DNA of 64,000 nt from Alphaproteobacteria bacterium (lineage in GTDB: Bacteria > Pseudomonadota > Alphaproteobacteria > SHVV01), in NCBI GenBank assembly GCA_965261735.1, contig OZ253470.1, positions 3,936,001 through 4,000,000 of the forward strand. Reading direction: 5' to 3'. The position numbers and the translations under genes are program-made. The first letter of the stretch is position 1; each line of letters begins with the position of its first letter. Positions 44,883 to 54,572 of this stretch are shown piece by piece. The notes beneath the pieces were generated by a model. That model did no database searches. It saw only the letters and a program-made list of their open reading frames with translations, and was not told where the DNA came from.

Positions 44883-45386
44883 CTACTGGCGGCTCAACGA
44901 CTCCATCAACTCCCTCATGATCTCGGGGATCTCCCGCTCTCTGAACTGCGCCTGCTGGAACGAGTCGTAGGCGAAGCCGGTGATGTTGGCGAGCTCCTCA
45001 CCAGTGAGCTCGATCCGATAGCCGAGATTCTGGCGCTGCAGCGCGATCATCGCCTCGGCCCCGCGCAGCATGTCGGCCGCAAAGACGAACGGGTTCACGA
45101 GCGGTGCGCGGTCGGCGGCATCGAGGCTCGGCGCGACCCGGCCGCCGACGCCGTTGATCGAGTGGCAGATCACGCATCCCTTGCTCACGAACAGCCGCCG
45201 GCCCTGCGCCGAATCGAGCAGCGGGATGAGAAGGTTTAGCGGTTTGGGAACGAAGATGTCGTCCTTGGACGAGGACGCGGTCCCCTCCGCGCCCCAGGTC
45301 CGCGGTGCCACCGCCAGAAATATCGCCACGATGGCCGCGAGAAGGGCGGCATGCTTGAGGCCGCGACGCCGTCGCCGTCGCTCCAT
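44883..45386 (-). CDS. Exported monoheme cytochrome c
   Basis: Signal peptide, GRRLFVSKGCVICH, GG.VAP.L. Confidence 0.85.
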   Translation of the reverse strand: MERRRRRRGLKHAALLAAIVAIFLAVAPRTWGAEGTASSSKDDIFVPKPLNLLIPLLDSAQGRRLFVSKGCVICHSINGVGGRVAPSLDAADRAPLVNPFVFAADMLRGAEAMIALQRQNLGYRIELTGEELANITGFAYDSFQQAQFREREIPEIMRELMESLSRQ

Positions 45387-45459
45387 GACGCGCGTCTCCC
45401 TTGTCAGGTGCGTGAGGTGTCATGGAACGGCGGAAGGGCACGCGTCGCCTTGACCTCGA

Positions 45460-45843
45460 TCAAGGAGGTGCCGGCGAGCCGTCGTGGATTTCGAGAACGT
45501 TGCCGTCGGGGTCGTGGAAGTAGGCCGAGCGGCCGGCGAACACGCCGCTTTCCCGGCGCTCGATGAGGAAGGGTGCGGCGCCGTGCGCCCCGAGCGTTTC
45601 AACGGCGCCGTCGAAGGCCTCGGCCGCCACGCGGAACGCATGATGGACCGTGGTGTCCGCCTCCTCCGACGGGCCGGGCTCGCCCCTGGCCAGAACGACA
45701 TGATCGGCCCCGCACTTGAGGAAGACCAGACTCGACCCGCGGTGGACGACCTCCATGCCGAGCACGTCCGTATAGAAGGTCGTGCTGCGCTCGATGTCGC
45801 TCACCCCGATGCTGAAATGAACCACGCCTAGGGTCTGGATCAT
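45460..45843 (-). CDS. VOC/glyoxalase family protein
   Basis: HFSIGVSD...FYTDVLG, HHAF, YFHDPDGNVLEI. Confidence 0.9.
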   Translation of the reverse strand: MIQTLGVVHFSIGVSDIERSTTFYTDVLGMEVVHRGSSLVFLKCGADHVVLARGEPGPSEEADTTVHHAFRVAAEAFDGAVETLGAHGAAPFLIERRESGVFAGRSAYFHDPDGNVLEIHDGSPAPP

Positions 45844-46049
45844 GACGTCCTCCCGGTGGGCGGCGCTCGGCGCCCGCCGCGGCGGTGACGAGCGTCCCCC
45901 TCCGCAATACTAGCTCATGCGGCCGCGAGATCGAGCGGAAGCGGGTCGATCTCAGTAACGGCGATTCGGCCCTGTACCCTATTTCGGTGTTGTTCTACGG
46001 CCTCGCCGAGGCCATCTTTCGCCATCTTCCTCCGGAGGGACGGGTCGCC

Positions 46050-46511
46050 ATGCGCGCATTCTCGCTCTTGTTTCTTTTGTTGGTGCTCGCGCTGCCGGCG
46101 CGGGCCGAGAACCCGACGCCCTATTCGGGCACGCGATCCGTCGACACCGGCCAAGCGTTCGCCGCGTTCGTCGACAAGCTGGTGGCCGCGGTCAAGAGCC
46201 AGCGCATGGGCATCGTCGCGCAGGCCTGTGCCGACTGCGGCGCCAAGTCGATCGGCAAGTCGATTCCCGGCAACCGCGTCATCATGATCTTCCGTCCCGA
46301 CTTTGCGGTGCGCATGTTGGCGGCGAGCGCCGCCGCCGGCATCGAGGCGCCGCTCCGTCTTTATGTCACCGAAGAGGCGAACGGGAGCGCCAAATTGACC
46401 TATCGGCTGCCGAGCCACGTCTTCGCGGCGTACGAGGTTCCGGCGCTCGAGGCGTTGGCGGGGGAACTCGACGTCATCCTCGAACGTATCGTTGCCGCGG
46501 CCCTCGAATAG
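46050..46511 (+). CDS. DUF302 family exported protein
   Basis: Signal peptide, AGIEAPLRLYV.E, Y..PS..F motif; contains CADC. Confidence 0.75.
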   Translation: MRAFSLLFLLLVLALPARAENPTPYSGTRSVDTGQAFAAFVDKLVAAVKSQRMGIVAQACADCGAKSIGKSIPGNRVIMIFRPDFAVRMLAASAAAGIEAPLRLYVTEEANGSAKLTYRLPSHVFAAYEVPALEALAGELDVILERIVAAALE

Positions 46512-46522
46512 GGGAGACCCGC

Positions 46523-47428
46523 TTGCCCAAGCAAACGCCCGGGCGCCGCCTGAGGCGCCTTCTCAAGCGTGGCCGTTTTGTTTACATGCCGTCGGTCTAC
46601 GACCCGCTCATGGCTAGGCTCACACAGGCCGCGGGCTTCAAGGCGGTCTACACGGGCGGCTACGCGACCGGCGCCGCGTCGACCATCACCGAGCCGCTAC
46701 TCACTATGACCGAGCAGATCGAGCAGGCCCGGCATATCGCGCACGCCGCGGACCTGCCGCTCGTTATGGACGCCGGCGCCGGCTGGGGCGAGCCGCTGCA
46801 CGCGATGCGCACGGTGGCCGAATGTATCGCCGCGGGCGTCGCCGGCGCGCACATCGAAGACCAGCTCTACCCGAAGCGGGCGCATTACCACAAATATGTC
46901 GCCCACGCGGTCCCGCTCGCACAGTTCGTCGACAAGATCCGGCTCGCCTGTCGCGCACGCGACGCGATCGACAGGGACTTCGTTGTCATCGCGCGCTCGG
47001 ACACCTGCCGCGCCTTTGGCCTCGGCGAGGCCATCAAGCGCATCAACAAGGCAGCCGATGTCGGTGCCAACTTCGGCCTCCTCTTCCCGCGCGACCACCG
47101 CGAGAGCGTCGCCGCGCCCAAGCGCGCGAGCGTGCCGCTCATCTGGGTGCAGAGCCGCGGCAACCGCGATGGGCGTCCGACCTACTCCAACGACCAACTC
47201 GCCGATATGGGCTATGCCGCCTGTATCGATGCCCAGATCGCGGTCGGGGTCGCGTTCCATTTCCTGCGCCAGGCGCTCGCGGAGGTGCGGCGCACCGGGG
47301 ACTACCGGGGCATGACCGAGGCCGAGTGGGTGCGCACGCGCCAGGACATCGAGGACCTGATCGGCCTCTCCGGCTACTACGCGGTCGAGGAAGAAACGGT
47401 GGAAAAGAAACGCGCCCGCAAGAGCTGA
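46523..47428 (+). CDS. Isocitrate lyase/PEP mutase family protein
   Basis: YD.L.A, DAGAGWG, HIEDQ, IARSD. Confidence 0.88.
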   Translation: MPKQTPGRRLRRLLKRGRFVYMPSVYDPLMARLTQAAGFKAVYTGGYATGAASTITEPLLTMTEQIEQARHIAHAADLPLVMDAGAGWGEPLHAMRTVAECIAAGVAGAHIEDQLYPKRAHYHKYVAHAVPLAQFVDKIRLACRARDAIDRDFVVIARSDTCRAFGLGEAIKRINKAADVGANFGLLFPRDHRESVAAPKRASVPLIWVQSRGNRDGRPTYSNDQLADMGYAACIDAQIAVGVAFHFLRQALAEVRRTGDYRGMTEAEWVRTRQDIEDLIGLSGYYAVEEETVEKKRARKS

Positions 47429-47442
47429 CGACCGAGCGCCAC

Positions 47443-47787
47443 TCAGTGCTCGTGCCGGTGCAGGATCCTATCCTGGAGGCCGGTATCGTAGGCCAGCCCC
47501 TCGGGCGTTATCGCGATGGCGATGGGGAAGCTCGACTTCGCCAGTCCCTTGCGCTCCAGAGCCTTCCACACCGATTCGTTGTGCAGGCCCGTCGCGTCGC
47601 GCGCCATCGACACCGCATCGCCGATGTGAAAGTGATCGCCGTGGGGCTGTGGCAGGTAAGTGATCATCACGTCGCCGCTGTCCTCGACCGGCGTCGATGA
47701 TTCGGGGTGGCGCGCGAGTTCCTGCAGCAGCGTCAGCGTCTTGAGCTGCAGGTTATTGAGCTTGAGGGGGTTGGTGCGTGGCGCCAT
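47443..47787 (-). CDS. Hypothetical protein
   Basis: NPLKLN.LQLKTL, PHGDHFH, VW.ALERKGL; no family assigned. Confidence 0.7.
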   Translation of the reverse strand: MAPRTNPLKLNNLQLKTLTLLQELARHPESSTPVEDSGDVMITYLPQPHGDHFHIGDAVSMARDATGLHNESVWKALERKGLAKSSFPIAIAITPEGLAYDTGLQDRILHRHEH

Positions 47788-47840
47788 GGCCCGCCACGTC
47801 TAACAGACGCGCGCTTCGCCAACAAGCGGACAGCGCCGTC

Positions 47841-48209
47841 CTAGGAGCGCCAAAAGGGCTTGCGCGACTCCTTGCGGGCATCGAGGGCGCGTACCCCCAT
47901 GTCGCGAAACAAGCGATCGTCGAGCATCGACAACTGGCGGCGCTGGCGCGCTCGCCGGTGCCACAGAACCACCGTGTCGATCCCTCGGCGGAAAGCTGCG
48001 GTGAGGCCGCGCGCACCCAGCCGCGCGGCCGCGACCGGATCGTTCGTCGGCTTCGAGCGTGGTCCACGCACTTCGAAGGTCACCCTTCTTCTCCCGCGTA
48101 CGACGCGCGGGGTTGATGGCGTAGGGCGGTTCGATGGGCGCGCCCACCCCGTACTTGCGGTCGCCGCGATACCCGCCCTTGATATCTGTGCCAGCTTCAT
48201 TCTCCTCAT
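47841..48209 (-). CDS. DUF1127 domain protein
   Basis: W.RRARQRRQLSMLDDRLFRDMG...KPFWR; divergent from a GcvA-like regulator. Confidence 0.8.
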   Translation of the reverse strand: MRRMKLAQISRAGIAATASTGWARPSNRPTPSTPRVVRGRRRVTFEVRGPRSKPTNDPVAAARLGARGLTAAFRRGIDTVVLWHRRARQRRQLSMLDDRLFRDMGVRALDARKESRKPFWRS

Positions 48210-48316
48210 GTGGTGCGAGCTTGCAGTGTTGGCACCTAGGCCGCAGGATGGCTCACTCTTGGGAGTTGGAGCAAACGATCGTTTCTCATCGTACGGATTA
48301 GGAAAGCTCACTCGAA

Positions 48317-49210
48317 ATGTTGCGACGGATGCCCCCGCTGGGCGCACTTCGGGCCTACGAGGCCGCCGCCCGACACCTGAGCTTTACGCTCGCCGCTGAG
48401 GAGCTCAACGTCACCCCGTCGGCGATCAGCCATCAGGTAAAGGCGCTGGAGCGGTGGCTCGGCGTGCCGCTGTTCCGGCGCTTCAACCGGGCGCTGGCGC
48501 TGACCGAGGAGGGTCGCGCCTACCTGCCGGCCGTCGGTGCCGCGCTGGACGGCATCAGCGACGCCACCATGCGCTTGCTCCACGGCGAGGTCTCGCGCGC
48601 GCTGACTGTGTCTACGCTCACCTCCTTCGCCGCCGGCTGGCTGGTGCCGCGCCTGAAGGGCTTTCGCGCGGCCTGGCCCGATATCGACGTTCGCCTGATG
48701 CTGTCGGAGGAGTTGGTCGACTTCCGCCGCGACGGCGTTGACCTGGCAATCCGCTATGGCGGAGGCGCCTGGCCGGGCGTTCGCGCGGTGCGGTTCCTTA
48801 CCGAGGACATCTTTCCCGTGTGCAGCTCGGGGCTGTTGGCCAGGGCGCCGCTCGATACACCTGCCGACCTGGCTCGGCATACGCTGCTGCACGACGATAT
48901 GCCGGCCGACTGGGGCACCTGGCTCGGCGCCGCCGGTGTGGCCGGAGTCGACGTTGCGCGCGGGCCGCGCTTTGACCAGTCGAACCTGGTCATTCAGTCG
49001 GCGATCGATGGCGAGGGCGTCGCGCTCGGCCGCAGCGCCCTGGTCGCTGACGCGCTCGCCGATGGCCGCCTCGTGCGGCCCTTCGCGATCAGCCTGCCGG
49101 CCCAGTACGCCCACTACATCGTGTGCCCCGAGGCGGCGATCGATCGGCCCGCCATACGCGCCTTCAGCGACTGGCTCCTGCAGGAGGCGGCGGTCTTCGA
49201 GGCGGCGTAG
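48317..49210 (+). CDS. GcvA-like LysR transcriptional regulator
   Basis: RMPPLGALRAYEAAARHLSFT.AAEEL, WLVPRL, VDLAIRYG. Confidence 0.92.
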   Translation: MLRRMPPLGALRAYEAAARHLSFTLAAEELNVTPSAISHQVKALERWLGVPLFRRFNRALALTEEGRAYLPAVGAALDGISDATMRLLHGEVSRALTVSTLTSFAAGWLVPRLKGFRAAWPDIDVRLMLSEELVDFRRDGVDLAIRYGGGAWPGVRAVRFLTEDIFPVCSSGLLARAPLDTPADLARHTLLHDDMPADWGTWLGAAGVAGVDVARGPRFDQSNLVIQSAIDGEGVALGRSALVADALADGRLVRPFAISLPAQYAHYIVCPEAAIDRPAIRAFSDWLLQEAAVFEAA

Positions 49211-49220
49211 CGCCGCACCT

Positions 49221-50117
49221 TCAGCCCGCGAAGCGGGGCTCGGGCAGACCGCGGACGCCGGGCTCAAGCGCGAGCACGCCGCCGGTCCAGGGCTGGCGCG
49301 CGCGCTGCTCGGCCGAGAGGCGGAAGCTCGCGCTGGTCACATAGAGGATGTCGAGGTTGGGGCCCCCGAAGGCGAGGCTCGTCGGCCGGCTCACGGGCAC
49401 CTCGATCGTGCGCTCGATGCCGCCCGCGGGATCGTAGCGCACGATGTGGCTGCGCTCGGCCGAGGTGTCGAAATTGAACACCGCGCTCCATAGGAAGCCT
49501 TGCGAATCGACCGTGGCGCCGTCAGGGACGCCGTCGCTCTCGCTGACCCTCGCGAACACGCGCTTGGTGCCGATCGCGCCCGTTTCGAGGTCGAAGTCGT
49601 AGGCGTAGATCTCGTGGCGATGGCTGTCGGCGAAATACATCGTTCGGTCGTCGAGACTCCAGGCGAGGCCGTTCGCCACATAGATGCCGTCATCCAGCGT
49701 ATGGCACGAAAGGTCGGGGTCGAAGCGGTGCAGGCGGCCCGAGGGCTTGTCGATCATGCGGCTCATGCTGCCGACCCAGAAGCGCCCCTTGCGGTCGCAG
49801 CGGCCGTCGTTGAGCAGATTGTCGGGGCCGTTGGGCTCGGGTTCGCACTTGGTCTCGAACGCGCCCGAGTCGGGGTCGAAGAACGCGAGCCCCGAGCGCG
49901 CGGCGAGCAGCAATCCGCCGCCGGCTCGGAGCGCAAAGGAGCCGAGCTTCTCGGGCGGCCGCCAACTGGTTACGACGCCGGTTTCGGGCATGAGGCGGTG
50001 GAGCGCGGGCTTGAGCGCGTCCATCCAGTAGAGCGCTTGTTCCTCGACGCTCCAGATCGGCACCTCGCCGAGCACGTCCTCGGTGTCGGCGACGCGCGCC
50101 ACATCGACCGTGCTCAT
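49221..50117 (-). CDS. SMP-30/gluconolactonase family protein
   Basis: LGE.P.W, NDGRCD..GRFW, NGLAWS, PDG..VD, TS.AFGG. Confidence 0.92.
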   Translation of the reverse strand: MSTVDVARVADTEDVLGEVPIWSVEEQALYWMDALKPALHRLMPETGVVTSWRPPEKLGSFALRAGGGLLLAARSGLAFFDPDSGAFETKCEPEPNGPDNLLNDGRCDRKGRFWVGSMSRMIDKPSGRLHRFDPDLSCHTLDDGIYVANGLAWSLDDRTMYFADSHRHEIYAYDFDLETGAIGTKRVFARVSESDGVPDGATVDSQGFLWSAVFNFDTSAERSHIVRYDPAGGIERTIEVPVSRPTSLAFGGPNLDILYVTSASFRLSAEQRARQPWTGGVLALEPGVRGLPEPRFAG

Positions 50118-51721
50118 CCGCCCTCGCCAGCCGCGGCCGCCTCGGCCGGCTCGAAAAATGCGACGAGCCGGTTCTTCTGTAGTTTGCCGGTCGAGGTCAA
50201 CGGCAGCGCCCCGGCGCCAACGAAGCGGAACGCGCGCGGCACCTTGTAAGCGGCGAGTGACTCGCGACAGAAGCGGCGCAGCTCGTCGGGCCCGACGCCG
50301 TCCTTCTCGGCCAGCACGATGACGGCGCCGAGAATCTCGTCACGCTCGGCATCGGGCACGCCGACGACATAGGCCTGATCGACCGCCGGGTGCGATGCCA
50401 GGATCTCCTCGACCTCGACGGGCGCCACGTTGATGCCGCCCGTTTTCACCATCTCCTTGAGGCGGCCGCGGAAGAAGAGCCGGCCCTCGGCATCGAGCAG
50501 CCCGAGGTCACCGGTGAGGAAATAGCCGTCGGCATCGAACGCGGCTGCGTTCTTGTCGGCATCCTTGTAGTAGCCGACGGTGACGTAGCCCTTGACCTTG
50601 ATCTCGCCGACCGCCCCTTCGGGCAGACGCGCGTGCGTCGCCGGATCGGCGATGACGATCTCGGTCCCCGGCAGGGCTTTGCCGATGGATTCGGTGCGCA
50701 GCTCGATGGGGTCGCGGCCGTCGGTGACGTTGCTGTTGGCGTAGGTTTCGGTGAGGCCATAGACGTTGCAGATCTCGGGCACGAGATCGATGGCACGGCG
50801 AAGCTGCGCCGGCGTACCCAGCGTCGCCCCTGTACGCAGGCTCGACAGGTCGCGGGCGGGGCGGTCCGGGTGCTCGGCGATGGCCAGCACCATGTTGGGC
50901 GTTGCGTAGAGCACAGTGCAGCGCTCGCTCTCGATCAGCTCCATCGCGACGCCCGCGTCGAAGCGCTCCTGAAGGACGAACGAGCCGCCGTGCGTGAGGA
51001 CCGCGAACAGCGCGTTCTCGCAGCCAAAGCCCCAAAACAGGGGCACCGCGAGCCATACCCGGTCGGCTTCGCTGAGGTGCTGGCGCTCACCGATGCTCCA
51101 CATGTTCTCGATCAGCGCGAAGTGCTGCAGCTGCACGCCCTTGGGCGTCGAGGTCGAGCCCGAGGTATAGAGGAGGTAGGCGACGTCTTCGGCGACTACG
51201 GCCGCCTGGGCGGCATCGATGTCGGCATCGGCGATCGCGGCGCCGCGCACGCGCAGCCCGGTGAAGGCGATGGTGCCCGCGTGGTCGCTCTCGCTCAAGC
51301 AGATGATGTGCTCGAGCAGCGGCAGGCGCGCGCTGCCGGGGCCGATATCGCGCACCATGGCGAGATAGTCGTTGCCGAGGAAGCGGTCGATCAGGATCAG
51401 GGTGCGCGCATCCGAATGGTGCAGCTGGTATTCGAGCTCGCGCGCCGTGGCCCAGGTGTTGACCGAGACCATGGTCGCTCCGAGCAGGGTGATGGCGAAG
51501 GCGGAGAGCAGCCATTCGGGCCGGTTGCCCATGAGCAGCGCGACCTTGTCGCCGCGGCGGATCCCGATGTCGTGCAGGCCCTTGGCGATGTCCCGCGTTT
51601 CGGCGCGGAGCTCGGCGTAGGTGGTGCGCGTGCCGCCGCCGATCACCGCCTCGCGCTCGGGATAGCGCGCGGCCATCTCGTCGATGAGATCGGCAATCGT
51701 ACGGCTTACCGGCATGCGCAT
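50114..51721 (-). CDS. Acyl-CoA synthetase / AMP-binding protein
   Basis: YTSGST.TPKG, YGLTE, TGDLG, GKLQK. Confidence 0.92.
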   Translation of the reverse strand: MRMPVSRTIADLIDEMAARYPEREAVIGGGTRTTYAELRAETRDIAKGLHDIGIRRGDKVALLMGNRPEWLLSAFAITLLGATMVSVNTWATARELEYQLHHSDARTLILIDRFLGNDYLAMVRDIGPGSARLPLLEHIICLSESDHAGTIAFTGLRVRGAAIADADIDAAQAAVVAEDVAYLLYTSGSTSTPKGVQLQHFALIENMWSIGERQHLSEADRVWLAVPLFWGFGCENALFAVLTHGGSFVLQERFDAGVAMELIESERCTVLYATPNMVLAIAEHPDRPARDLSSLRTGATLGTPAQLRRAIDLVPEICNVYGLTETYANSNVTDGRDPIELRTESIGKALPGTEIVIADPATHARLPEGAVGEIKVKGYVTVGYYKDADKNAAAFDADGYFLTGDLGLLDAEGRLFFRGRLKEMVKTGGINVAPVEVEEILASHPAVDQAYVVGVPDAERDEILGAVIVLAEKDGVGPDELRRFCRESLAAYKVPRAFRFVGAGALPLTSTGKLQKNRLVAFFEPAEAAAAGEGG

Positions 51722-51950
51722 GGCGCGCGGCCTCCCTCAAACCGCGTTTCCAAAGCGGTCCTCATTGTGCCGCGAAAGACGGCGCTCGAACAACACGTGG
51801 CGCGCGCCTGCGTCACATGGCTAAGGCGATCGGTATCAACTTCGTGTCGGCCTCACCGCGGCGAGCATGGCGGCAAGGCATCGAGTCGAGCCTGTGATTG
51901 ACGGAGTCATGAGTTGAGGGCCATATCCGCCTTATAGACGGAACGTACGC

Positions 51951-53161
51951 ATGACCCAGGCTCCTACCGTGATGGCGGACGCGGCGCGGCCCGCGCAACG
52001 CAGCGTTGCTGCGCTCGGGATCGCCATCCTGCTCGGTGGCGTCGCGTGGCTTGGTGCCGAGAGCTGGCAGCGCGCGGCCCTGCTCGTCGTCGGCGGCCTT
52101 CTCGGCATCACTCTTTATCATACGGCCTTCGGCTTCACCGCCGCCTACCGCCGCGCGGTCCTCGAGCGCGACGTCTCGGGGGTGAGCGCGCCTCGAGCGC
52201 GACGTCTCGGGGGTGAGCGCGCAGCTGCTGATGCTCGCGGGCGCGATGCTGCTGTTCGCGCCCATCCTGGCGCAGGGGGCGGCGTTCGGGCACGGCGTCG
52301 TCGGGGCGGTGGCGCCCGTCGGCGTCCAAGTGGCGGTGGGGAGCTTCCTGTTCGGGCTCGGCATGCAGCTCGGCGGCGGCTGCGGCTGCGGCTCGGGGAC
52401 CCTCTATACGGTGGGTGGCGGCAGCCCACGCATGGTGGTGACGCTTCTTGCTTTCTGCGCCGGCGCGTTCTGGGGCAGCCTCGACATGGATTTCTGGGGC
52501 CAGACCCCGAGCCTGCCCAGCATTTCGCTGGCCGCGTCCTGGGGTTGGGAGGTAGCGCTGCCCGTTCAGCTCGGCGCGCTTGTCCTGATCTGGATCGCGC
52601 TGCGCGCCTACGCCCGCGGCGTGCCTGTGGGATGGCGGGCTCGGCTGGCGGCGGCTCGTGGCCGGGCCGTGGCCGCTGCTGTTCGGCGCGGCGATGCTGG
52701 CCGTCCTCAACTGGGTGACGCTACTCATCGCCGGGCACCCCTGGACCATTACCTGGGCGTTCAGCCTCTGGGGCGCGAAGGCGGCGGTGCTCGCGGGCTG
52801 GGACCCGGCTGGAAGCGCGTTCTGGACCGGCGGCTTCCAGCAGGCGGCGCTCGAGCGCGGCGTGCTCGAAGACATCACCTCCGTCATGGATATCGGCATC
52901 GTTCTCGGGGCCCTGACGGCCGTCGGCCTGGCCGGCCGCTTCGCGCCGGTCTTCAAGCTCCCGGGCCGCTCGCTCGCCGCCGCGGTCCTCGGCGGACTGT
53001 TCATGGGCTACGGCGCGCGGCTCGCGTTCGGCTGCAACATCGGTGCCTTCTTCAGCGGCGTCGCCTCGACCAGCCTGCACGGCTGGCTGTGGATCCTGTG
53101 CGCGGTGCCCGGCAATATTCTCGGCGCCCGGCTACGGCCGCTCTTCGGCCTCGCGCCCTAG
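51951..53161 (+). pseudogene. YeeE/YedE sulfur-compound transporter, frameshifted
   Basis: FGFTAAYR, GMQLGGGCG.G, GARLAFGCNIGA motifs in three frames; 31-bp tandem duplication at 52160-52221. Confidence 0.85.
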
Positions 53162-54004
53162 GGGAGTTCGCGCACGAGCCGGAAGCCGATGAGAATGTGC
53201 TTGAGCGCCAGCGGGCGCCCATGCCGAGCCGCCGGCCGGTACACGCCGCAGCCCTTGTCGTCCCAGGAGCCACCCTTGACGATGCGGCGGCCCTGGCCCG
53301 CGGCTGTCGCTGTCCATTCGAAGACCTGGCCAGCCGCGTCGAGCATGCCAAACGGACTCGCGCCGCCGGGATAGCGGCCCACCGGGACCGTGTCGAAGGG
53401 TCCCAGGTCGTGGCTGTTCAGCAACCCGGGCTCGAAGCGCTCGCCCCAGGGAAAACGCCAACCCTCGCGTCCCCGCGCCGCCTTTTCCCACTCGTCCTCG
53501 CTGGGCAGGCGCCAGCGCGCGCCGGTCTCCGCGCTCAGCCACGCGGCGTAGGCCGTGGCGTCCTCGTAGGAGACGAGAACCACCGGATGATCGGCCCGCC
53601 CGGGTGGGGACCTGCCGTCGACCCAAGCGTGGCGGCGGGTCCGGACGTAGGGGTGGATGAGGCCATAGCCGGCCCAGGTCGCGGCGTCGACGCCGGGCGC
53701 CGGGTGCCCGGTCGCGGCCACGAACGCGGCGTAGGCGGCGTTGGTGATAAGCGTTGCCGTGATCGCGTAGGCGCTCGTTTCGCGCTCGCCGCGCGCGCGT
53801 TCACTCTCGTACCAGCGCCCCTCGCGGGTGCGGCGGTGGCCGTAGGCCGCCTCGTCGAGGCGGTAGGCGGCTTCGCGCTCGGCGCGATCCGACCGCGACG
53901 GTGGCAGGAATCCCGATATCTTGGCCGTTCGCTGCCGCCGCGGCGTTCCCGACCAGGATCGCGCCCAGCACCGCCGCGCGAGGCAAGACGAGCCGAATTT
54001 GCAT
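53158..54004 (-). pseudogene. Exported FGE-sulfatase (SUMF1) domain protein, frameshifted near 53895
   Basis: Signal peptide in one frame; HPVV.VSY.DA..Y..W, RLPSE.EWEKAARG, KGGSW, IGFRLV in another. Confidence 0.8.
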
Positions 54005-54189
54005 CAGCGCCTCTGCGACTTGCCCTCACGCCACCCCCGGAATAACCACGATACGTGCGAAGCCTCGTTCACTGCGCTACCTCACGACAAGTTGAAGGCA
54101 AGTGACTTCACCGGCGCCCAAATCTTTGCCACGTTGACCGCCAAAACCCGCGCTGAGCAGCGGTTCACCTGTGCAAAGGAATCACCCCC

Positions 54190-54546
54190 GTGAAAAGCAA
54201 GCTTCTGTCATCCACTTTCATCTCCTTGCTGTTTGGTGCCGGAATCGCGGCGGCAGGAGTCGCGATCACCGCCAGCCCCGGGTATGCGGCAGCCTCCCCG
54301 AGCCAGCACATGAGCGTGCTGCCTGCGGCGAAGGCGAGGTCGGGGAGCGTGCAAGTCGCCGCTTGTAATCCGTGCGCGAGCGCGAGCAAGTGTGCGGATG
54401 CGGCCATGAAGACGGCCTCGGCGTGCAATCCGTGTGCGGCCAAGAACCCGTGTTCGGCCAAGAAGGTGGCGGCTGCGTGCAACCCATGCGCGGCGAAGAA
54501 GGTGGCCGCAAATCCGTGCGCGGCCAAGAATGTCGCGTGCAACTAA
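54190..54546 (+). CDS. Small exported Cys-rich protein with NPC repeats
   Basis: Signal peptide (PGYA), five NPC motifs, ten Cys; RBS AAAGGA upstream. Confidence 0.8.
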   Translation: MKSKLLSSTFISLLFGAGIAAAGVAITASPGYAAASPSQHMSVLPAAKARSGSVQVAACNPCASASKCADAAMKTASACNPCAAKNPCSAKKVAAACNPCAAKKVAANPCAAKNVACN

Positions 54547-54572
54547 CATACTGATGTAAGGGAGGCGACGCC

